A stretch of 24,310 nucleotides of DNA, taken from Terrimicrobiaceae bacterium (GTDB lineage Bacteria; Verrucomicrobiota; Verrucomicrobiia; Chthoniobacterales; Terrimicrobiaceae). The position numbers and the translations under genes are program-made. The stretch is taken from NCBI GenBank assembly GCA_041752695.1, contig JBGSVZ010000073.1, positions 1-24,310 on the forward strand. The letters are read 5' to 3'. The notes under the pieces were generated by a model. That model was not told the DNA's origin, made no database searches, and saw only the letters and a program-made list of their open reading frames with translations. Numbering within the stretch: position 1 is the first letter of the stretch; every line of letters begins with the position of its first letter. This document shows positions 9,101 to 16,220 of the stretch, piece by piece.

Positions 9101-10625
9101 TCAAGCTCACCGTCCTCGAATCCAAACTTAAATTGCCAAGAGAATCGTAAGCTTTGGCAAGGATTACGAAATTACCATCCGCCGTGGTCTGATTCGCATC
9201 CCAGAATGCAGTGTAGCCATCATCACCGCTGGCATCGCTCCCAAAGAGTCTTTCTTCTCCGCCGCTAGAAGGCCGAGTGTAGAAATCCACTCTGCTGACT
9301 CCAGCGCCATCATTGGCCGCAACACGGACCACCCCCGATCCTCCGACCACCAACCCGTTGCTAAAAACGTTATTGTCCCATTTCCAGTCACTGAGAACAG
9401 GACCTGTCGTGTCGGAATACAAGACTTTCACGGTGTTCATTTTCTCCGAATAATTCGGGCCGCTCCAAAGCCTGGCCGCCAACTGATAGTCGCCGTCGGG
9501 AATGCCGGATAAGCGCCATAAAAGACCTGCTCCATCAGAAAAATCCGTATCCTCTCCAATCACCGTGTAATTGGCGTCACCAACCCTGCGAAACAAGAAC
9601 TGGGCTTTACCAGCAAGCGAAAAATTGCTCGCGGTTACCTCAAGAAATGGTTCGGTGACGAGGTGCTGCCCATCGCTAATCTCAACACCATCGGCCTCGA
9701 AGGTGAGAATGGCTGGTGGCTGGAAAAAACTATCCAGAATGTAGATATTATCGATCCCGATCGTCCGGGCCTGACCAGAGGTCGAGCCCGATGACCGGTA
9801 GCGAAAGGCAATTCTGACATTCGTGCCGGACACGCCCAAGATGTTTGCTTCTCTGGAGGGATGCCATACACCGCTGGCGAGGCTTTCCAGGCCGGTTGGT
9901 GTCACATCGGTCCAAGTCGCCCCCGACGGATCGCCTGAAGTGTAGTTTGTCGAGACCAGCACCCGCAAAGATGTGGTGGCCGTGCCATTGCCTTCGCGGA
10001 CATCGTCGGTGCCCTGCTGGAAATAGTCGAAATTAACGATAATCTTCTCGCCTGCCGCGACTGTTCTCACCGGGCTGATCAGCCAATCGTCCGCCGGGCT
10101 GCCGCCACCAACGTTATCAACGAAAGCTCCGCCCTGGCCAAGAACCGTCGCCAAACTCCAGTCTTCCGAAGATGAACGGCTGTATGCGATGAATGGCTCC
10201 AGGCTCGTTTCAAAATCCGCGTCGCTTCTCTTGAAATACGCGGTTGGCTTTCCGATAACTGAGGCATAACCACTTTGCACTCCGGCACCCATGCGGAGCA
10301 CGTTTACTTGAGGTCGGGCAAAGACGGAACCAGTCCCTGAGCCGTCCTCCCCCGCTCCCATTCGCAGGACGTTCACTTGAGGCCGGGCAAATACCGCGCC
10401 TGCCTCGGTTCCCGCAGCACCTGTCACCAACCGCAGCGTGTCCACACGCGGAGCACTGCGAACAAATCCGATCGGGCGACTGTTAGGATTATCTGGATTC
10501 GACCCCACCAACAGCTCGGCATCATCCGAATACCCATCGCCGTCACGATCCGCCGCCTTGCCTGAGACTGGCAGGAGGACCGCAAGAAGGACAAGAACAA
10601 GCCAAGCTGTTCGGTGGAAACGCAT
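126..10625 (-). CDS. Giant secreted RHS/YD-repeat polymorphic toxin, C-terminally truncated by IS5
   Basis: In order: Sec signal peptide ([24 protein letters not shown]); Ca-binding-type DRDGDGYSD repeat; cleaved-adhesin/DUF5017-like domain (DDWLISP...IAFRY...IDNI); many Ig-like and Fn3 modules; carboxypeptidase-regulatory-like domain; YD repeats ~4185-627; RHS core ([33 protein letters not shown]...[11 protein letters not shown]); PT-TG-like helices; toxin tip. The stop codon lies inside the IS IR. Confidence 0.93.
   Translation of the reverse strand: [3499 protein letters not shown]
10281..10394 (-). repeat. Duplicated 15-aa motif [15 protein letters not shown] in the RHS N-terminus
   Basis: Copies at 10350-10394 and 10281-10325 encode identical peptides with 9 synonymous third-position differences. 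Degenerate copies flank them ([23 protein letters not shown]). Confidence 0.9.
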
Positions 10626-10655
10626 TGCCGAAAATGATGAGAGGTTTGGGTCCGC

Positions 10656-11819
10656 TCAACGCGTCCAAACATCAAGGCGAGTGGAGACTCCTGCGGGAAT
10701 CTGGACATCCACGGTTCCAGAAGTCGCTGCGCCCGTCGTGTTGTCGATCTGGAAGTTATAGGTGCTTCTTGCTCCAGCTTCAGGCGTCACAACCGCTGTG
10801 AGCGGGACAATTTCGTTAAAGTTTTTGACCTGCACTTGGATGGTCTGTGTGGCCGGCGTTCCGGGCGGTAGCAAGACAAACACCGGGTCGGTTTGCGTCA
10901 AGGGAACCGTTCTCCCTGCTGCTTGGGTGATGCGAATTTCGGGCGAATTTGGAGGGAAGACGACCAAGTTTGAACCGAAAGTCGCGAATGGTGAGTCGCT
11001 ACCAACGATATTCAGCGAATTGATAAGCGCATCCACACGGATTCTTCCGAAACCGCCTTCCTGCTGCCCACCTACGCCGATCCCTGCGTTTCCTGAAACC
11101 TCCGGCGCAACAAGCCTCACTGCGCCTCCGCTTCCCCCGCCATGTCCAGTTACAGCGGATCCTCCATAGGCAGATATGTAATATCCAGACCAAGAGAACA
11201 CAATCTTTGTATTCGATGCGATTAAAATAGCCCCACCGCCCCCACCGCCTCCATGTTGGGAACTTGCGTCTGGATGATTTCCACCCCCTCCTCCAGACCC
11301 GCCAGTGAGCGGAATCAATAGAGAATTTCCATAAACTGCCCCTCCGGTCGTTGCGCGAGTGCTAGCTGTTCCAAACCCACCTCCACCTCGAATGAACTGC
11401 CCAGTCGGTGGACCCGAAGTCACATAGCCGCCTTTGCCCCCACCGGGCCCGAATCCATCACCAGGATTTGGCCCTCCCTGACCGCCATCGAATCCCCCCG
11501 GCCCTGATGCACCACCTCGCTTCCCAATTGGGCTTTGTCCACTGAGATCAATGGTTCCCGAGATCGTCACATCACCAGTTGCCAGAAGGTAGACGGGCGT
11601 ATTGTCTGCATTCTTGATGAAGGAAAGGGTCCGCTGGGATGGAATATTGATTGTTGTGCAGTGCAGGATTCCATCTGGCGGAATGACGATCTGCCTGTCA
11701 CCAGAAGCTAAGTTCAACGGACCAAACGAACCGTTGCTACCTGAATCGAAGGCCATCGCAGGGCTTGCAACCAAGCTCGCAATGACTGCTACTTCAAAAA
11801 ATGAAATGATCTTGCTCAT
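10656..11819 (-). CDS. Secreted glycine-rich protein with C-terminal Ig-like beta domain; RHS operon partner
   Basis: 387 aa with a signal peptide ending AMA|FDSGS. Repeated GGxGGxGG tracts (GGSGGGGG, GGGGGGGAILI, GGGSGGAVRL). Ends 30 bp upstream of the RHS gene. Confidence 0.85.
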   Translation of the reverse strand: MSKIISFFEVAVIASLVASPAMAFDSGSNGSFGPLNLASGDRQIVIPPDGILHCTTINIPSQRTLSFIKNADNTPVYLLATGDVTISGTIDLSGQSPIGKRGGASGPGGFDGGQGGPNPGDGFGPGGGKGGYVTSGPPTGQFIRGGGGFGTASTRATTGGAVYGNSLLIPLTGGSGGGGGNHPDASSQHGGGGGGGAILIASNTKIVFSWSGYYISAYGGSAVTGHGGGSGGAVRLVAPEVSGNAGIGVGGQQEGGFGRIRVDALINSLNIVGSDSPFATFGSNLVVFPPNSPEIRITQAAGRTVPLTQTDPVFVLLPPGTPATQTIQVQVKNFNEIVPLTAVVTPEAGARSTYNFQIDNTTGAATSGTVDVQIPAGVSTRLDVWTR

Positions 11820-11854
11820 AAATGCTTATACCTTATTTAACTGGAACTACCTAC

Positions 11855-12760
11855 TTACCTTGACGACAAACGATCACATGGAACGCAACGTCCTCCGATA
11901 CCCCGATTGAGTCCACCAGGTCCATCCATCACACGTGACATAATTGCCACCTTTTTAGGATTGACGTCGCCGTTAGCTGAGATCTGGAAATCCAGATATT
12001 TTCGATATCCGCCATCGAAGCAAAACAACGCAACGCCTGGGCGATATTCAAATTGCAGATCGGAGTAGTTCCTGCCGTCGTGCGTCATCACCACAACAGC
12101 GCCACCGTCAATCTCGCGCACAATCTTACGGAGTCCGTATTGGAACCTCGATTTTTTCAAAATTTTACAGTCTTTGAGTGCAGCCACCTCTATTGGTGTG
12201 AACTCCTCGTCTTCATCAACGAGAATGACTTTCGTGCAGTCCGTAATATGCGTGACAGATCCAACCACTATCGCCGACTCCAGCATGCGATCTGCTCGAT
12301 ATCCAACGGTGTCCCCTCCCCATTGAATCCAATTCCTCACCCCACCTCGAAGCAGCATAATTGGCCTCGCGCGTTTTCCGTTGAGACGCTCCAACTCCCC
12401 CATGATCTTTGCGTCGTCAAGGCCGGAACCGCACAACAGAATCTGTTTGGCGTTTGTTTCGGCAAGACTTTCGATTGCTGACAACGGCAAGTTGATGGCT
12501 CCAGGAATTCGACGCGCGTTGAATTCATCGTTAGACCTCACATCAAAAAGCTCAACGTCCCCCCTCTTGAGAATCTCATTGGCATCCGATGCAACGATCA
12601 TATGGCCGACAAACCCCGAATTCGCTTTAACACTGCCAGCCTGATCTCGCGTCCTCTGCTCGAAAATTGGTTTCGCAGAGGCGGATGTCAGACAACAAAC
12701 AATGAGAACAGGAAAAAACCTTCCTGCCTTCTCCAACAAGAATGGAAGGTGTTTGAACAA
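11855..12760 (-). CDS. Exported rhodanese-like domain protein
   Basis: Rhodanese motifs FDVRSNDEF, IPGAINLP, LLCGSG (Cys at the active-site loop) and LRGGVRNW. Second degenerate domain ending FDGGYRKY, C-terminal CVPC, hydrophobic N-terminus ending ASA. The TTG start is uncertain. Confidence 0.82.
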   Translation of the reverse strand: MFKHLPFLLEKAGRFFPVLIVCCLTSASAKPIFEQRTRDQAGSVKANSGFVGHMIVASDANEILKRGDVELFDVRSNDEFNARRIPGAINLPLSAIESLAETNAKQILLCGSGLDDAKIMGELERLNGKRARPIMLLRGGVRNWIQWGGDTVGYRADRMLESAIVVGSVTHITDCTKVILVDEDEEFTPIEVAALKDCKILKKSRFQYGLRKIVREIDGGAVVVMTHDGRNYSDLQFEYRPGVALFCFDGGYRKYLDFQISANGDVNPKKVAIMSRVMDGPGGLNRGIGGRCVPCDRLSSR

Positions 12761-13142
12761 GCTTGCAGAGGCTATGATTGCTCTATCTCGAAGTCAATCT
12801 CATTGCCGCTGCGTCTCATGGGTTGCCGAATGGACCCCCTAGTTTCCATCTTGACGGCCGATTTGATGGGTCCTGAGCAATGATAAAAGTTCACGACGAT
12901 TGGCGGGGGCTTTGCCAACAGGATTTTCGAACGACGTGCTGTCGGAGGAGGGCATTCCGAGTTTTTGCGTTCCGAAAGATGGTGCGCGGCCGAAAATGGG
13001 CGCTTGTTCTTGCCCCGTTTCGGGGCAAACGATCCGATGGGCCGCCGGATTGGACACGCAAGCCACGTGCGCTCCCTGGAGAACGACGTCGGTTTCGGAT
13101 GGTGTTGCGGAAGTAGCAACAACTGGTCATTGTGGCGCGAGT

Positions 13143-13808
13143 ATGAAGCGTCCTCGGTTGTATGTCATTGTCCTGCTTTTGGTGATTGCGAGCGGGTCGA
13201 GATTGCTTTTTGCGGGGGAGCTTCAGTGGGAGGATCGGACGATTTCTGTGGAGGCCGCTCCCAAGTCCAAAAATGTGGAGGTGAGGTATGTTTTTACCAA
13301 TACTTCGGCGCAACCGGTGGAGATTTCGAAGGTTTCGACGTCCTGTGGCTGCGCAACTGCCGAGTTGGCCAAGAAGATCTATCAGCCGGACGAGAAGGGC
13401 GAGTTGTCAGTGGTTTTTGTGTTTGGGAATCGGACGGGGAGTCAGGAGAAATCGATATTGGTTCGAACAGGGGATGCGCCTCCAGATGTCTTGATGCTGC
13501 GGGTGAAAATTCCCGACGCGGTCGATTTTTCGCCATCGGAGTTGATCTGGGACGTCGGTGGTTCGGAGGGCGAGCAGAGTTTCACGTTGGTGGTGGTGGA
13601 TTCCGATGTTCGCGTTGAAGGGTGCCATTCACTGAGCAAGGGTTTTGCGTCCAGATTGGAGGAAGTCGAGCCGGGCAAGCGATTTCGAGTGGTTGTTTGG
13701 CCGCTGAATGTCGAGAGGCCGGTTCGGGGGTCGGTTCGTGTCGACGTGACAACCCCGAAGCCACGTACGATCTATTTGCCGTTGAAGGTCGTCGGGCCAA
13801 AGTCATGA
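13143..13808 (+). CDS. DUF1573 domain exported protein (Ig-like)
   Basis: Motif FTNTSAQPVEISKVSTSCGCATA...PDEKGEL. The ATG at 13143 gives a signal peptide (MKRPRLYVIVLLLVIASGSRLLFA) and is preferred over the ORF-track start at 12900. Confidence 0.85.
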   Translation: MKRPRLYVIVLLLVIASGSRLLFAGELQWEDRTISVEAAPKSKNVEVRYVFTNTSAQPVEISKVSTSCGCATAELAKKIYQPDEKGELSVVFVFGNRTGSQEKSILVRTGDAPPDVLMLRVKIPDAVDFSPSELIWDVGGSEGEQSFTLVVVDSDVRVEGCHSLSKGFASRLEEVEPGKRFRVVVWPLNVERPVRGSVRVDVTTPKPRTIYLPLKVVGPKS

Positions 13809-13863
13809 TGTGGGGCTGGGGCGCGCATCAAGACGAGATCGGCCGGGGCGCGGTCGAGTGCTG

Positions 13864-14160
13864 TTAATGCTTCTGCCACTCCCCGATCGGAACGGCCGAT
13901 ACAGGAGGACGGACAGGCCCCGCCACTTCCGCAAAATCTGTCCCATCCGAATTCATCCGACATAGAGCGTCTTTGGCATAAAAGACGACCAGACCCGAGC
14001 CCGAAAGAGGGAGAACCGCAGAACCGTTTCGCGGCACAACATACGGACGCGGCGAGACGCGCTGTTCTGTCTCCCCGACCTTCTGTATCCAAGTCCCCCG
14101 CAACTCTGAATCTTGAGAATCCCGCGTGAGCATGAATCTGTCCGCAACCATCCATGCCAC
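13864..14160 (-). CDS. Possible hypothetical protein or gene fragment
   Basis: 98-aa ORF with beta-strand-like composition (LVVFYAKDALCRMNSDGTDF). No recognisable family, GTG start, and an in-frame stop shortly upstream. Confidence 0.25.
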   Translation of the reverse strand: MAWMVADRFMLTRDSQDSELRGTWIQKVGETEQRVSPRPYVVPRNGSAVLPLSGSGLVVFYAKDALCRMNSDGTDFAEVAGPVRPPVSAVPIGEWQKH

Positions 14161-14388
14161 ACCCGTACCACCCCTAACCGGGCTTGCCTACCGCTCCCCT
14201 GTATCACCAAGAAACTCCGCCCACCTTCACTGTCGGCGAAGTTGATGTACCGTCCAAAAATGGGAACAAACACGCCTATTCCTGACCGCTTTCCTACTCG
14301 CAGATTTCGCCATCTTCGGATAAGCCTGCGGGAAAAACAGTCAAAGTCCATCGCCTCAATTTGGCCGCATTGCGACGCGCTTTAGCAG

Positions 14389-14423
14389 TTGACATCAAAC
14401 TTACAGTCATGTATGATTGATGT
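14389..14423 (+). promoter_or_regulatory. Sigma70 promoter and operator of vapBC
   Basis: TTGACA (14389-14394), 17-bp spacer, TATGAT (14412-14417). Inverted repeat ACATCAA (14392-14398) / TTGATGT (14417-14423). ATGTATGA direct repeat at 14409 and 14420. Confidence 0.85.
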
Positions 14424-14672
14424 ATGACCCGAACTCAGATTCAACTTCCAGATCCTCTTTATGCCCGCCTCAAGCGCTTGGCGAAGGAGCATGACTGGAC
14501 GCTGGCTGAAGTAATCAGACGGGCCAGCGAACTCTACGTGGACCGCTTTCCTGAGCGTGCCCTCGCCACTCGCTGGGAATTTCCCCGCCCCCTCGACCTC
14601 GGAGGTGATTTCATCGCCCCTCCCGAGAACTTCCATGCCGAAGCGGCCAGGATCGAGGAACGCCATCGATGA
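14424..14672 (+). CDS. vapB: Ribbon-helix-helix (CopG-type) antitoxin
   Basis: N-terminus MTRTQIQLPDPLYARLKRLA...TLAEVIRRA is an RHH pattern. 82 aa, with an ATGA overlap with the PIN toxin gene. Confidence 0.85.
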   Translation: MTRTQIQLPDPLYARLKRLAKEHDWTLAEVIRRASELYVDRFPERALATRWEFPRPLDLGGDFIAPPENFHAEAARIEERHR

Positions 14673-15103
14673 TCTCTGCCGATACCAACATCTTCGTTCA
14701 TGCTGCGAACAAGGATTCCAGCCTCTGCTCCCGCGCCATCAGCTTCTTCAAGGAACACGGCGCCAACACCGCCTTCGGTCTGTCCGAGCTCGTGCTGATT
14801 GAACTCTATATGTGCCTGCGCAATCCGGCAATCATGCGAAGCCCTCTCGGATCGAAAGAAGCTGTTCACTATTGTGACGCACTCAGGTCAAATCCTAACT
14901 GGCAGATCCTCGACGCTTCGCCCGAAATTCGCGAGGAGCTCTGGCGGCACGCCGCCCACCCGAAATTTGCCTTTCGCCGAATCATCGACGCCCGTCTCGC
15001 CCTGAACCTCAAACTCAGCGGCGTCACCGAGTTCGCGACTATGAACACCAAAGACTTCAAGGAGTTCGGTTTCCCCAAACTGTGGAACCCGCTTATCGAC
15101 TAA
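14669..15103 (+). CDS. vapC: PIN-domain ribonuclease toxin
   Basis: 144 aa with PIN acidic motifs ADTNIFV, ELVLIE, IIDARL and TMNTKDF. Confidence 0.92.
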   Translation: MISADTNIFVHAANKDSSLCSRAISFFKEHGANTAFGLSELVLIELYMCLRNPAIMRSPLGSKEAVHYCDALRSNPNWQILDASPEIREELWRHAAHPKFAFRRIIDARLALNLKLSGVTEFATMNTKDFKEFGFPKLWNPLID

Positions 15104-15164
15104 TGCCTCGCTGGAGACGTCATTCAGCTCCTACAATCAACAGTCTCACTCGGCCTAACCGCCC

Positions 15165-16166
15165 TCACCCCCCTATTACAAAATCCGCCTTCCCGATCGA
15201 AGGCATTTTTTCTGCGTCACCCTTCCAGATCGTAATCACCGCATTCGCTGGAACATTCACCTCGTCAAATCGAGGTATCTTCTGCCAGCGAACTACCAAA
15301 CTCTGCTGTAGGCTCGTGGGCAGCTTGATCGTCCCGCGCGTCGGCATACGACCTGCCTTGTCTCCCGCCCAAGCCCATGCCGGTCGGCCGGCCCAGTAGG
15401 CGGAAACCACTCCCGAGCTGGCATTCAGGTCAATGTGGGCGTCATCGTCCATCTGAAGGCGAAACTTTGCGGAAGTTCGCTTCGCCAAAGCCCGCACCTC
15501 GATCTTGACCGCATCCCTCCCGCGCAAGTCCAACACCCCGCCTTCAATCACGTCCGCTTTTTCCGCAACTGCACCGAACGCATCACTAGCCGCAGGAACA
15601 GTGGCCTGCCCCTCCAAAAACGCCCAAGAAGGATCGGTGCGCTCAAGTTTCTCGCCACTTAACCCGGCAGCACGCTCCCACGTTTCATGTGGGCCCATAG
15701 CCCCCCGAAACCTTCCCAGCATGGTCCAACCCATCGTCCGGCTAGCGAGGAGATTGTTCATCACCTTTTCCGGATTCGTGGGTTTGAGCGTTGCCAGCTT
15801 GAACAACCGCACCTTCAACTTGGGCAAGCCCTCCACCGGGGAGATCTTCTTCCCCGAGAATGGGTGTGTCCTGGCATCCAGAATCTCCAATGCCGTCACA
15901 TCCATGAACGCGGCGGCAGCAACACACTCCCGCAAACTACCCTTCACCCCTGGCCCTGCCTGCTCTTCGATAGCCAGCAACCCTTCTGCCTTCAAAGACA
16001 GGCTTTCTTCCGCCCATTCCGACCCGCTGCACGCGTAGCCGATATGGTATTCTCGGATAACATCCTCCACCGCGCCGATATACGCCGCATCGCTATCGAT
16101 GCCCAAAGCACGCGTCCAACCGGCAAGAATGAATGCCAAAGCGATCCCGAGACAAACTCCCTTCAT
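15165..16166 (-). CDS. Hypothetical exported protein
   Basis: Long ORF. The ATG at 16166 gives a signal-peptide-like start (MKGVCLGIALAFILAGWTRALG). No family recognised. Confidence 0.65.
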   Translation of the reverse strand: MKGVCLGIALAFILAGWTRALGIDSDAAYIGAVEDVIREYHIGYACSGSEWAEESLSLKAEGLLAIEEQAGPGVKGSLRECVAAAAFMDVTALEILDARTHPFSGKKISPVEGLPKLKVRLFKLATLKPTNPEKVMNNLLASRTMGWTMLGRFRGAMGPHETWERAAGLSGEKLERTDPSWAFLEGQATVPAASDAFGAVAEKADVIEGGVLDLRGRDAVKIEVRALAKRTSAKFRLQMDDDAHIDLNASSGVVSAYWAGRPAWAWAGDKAGRMPTRGTIKLPTSLQQSLVVRWQKIPRFDEVNVPANAVITIWKGDAEKMPSIGKADFVIGG

Positions 16167-16220
16167 GATGCGTCCCGTACTGCCCGCCAGAAACCTGAAA
16201 GTCAACCGCTTCGCGGTGCG

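Noticed and set aside
626..10761. Many short ORFs overlapping the RHS gene on both strands
   Set aside because: Shadow ORFs of a long coding sequence, with no recognisable motifs.
12900..13142. N-terminal extension of the DUF1573 ORF
   Set aside because: The signal peptide starts at ATG 13143; the upstream part is more likely the divergent promoter region.
13953..14351. 132-aa minus-strand ORF
   Set aside because: Arg/Gly-biased, no family motif, and overlaps an alternative ORF; not supportable.
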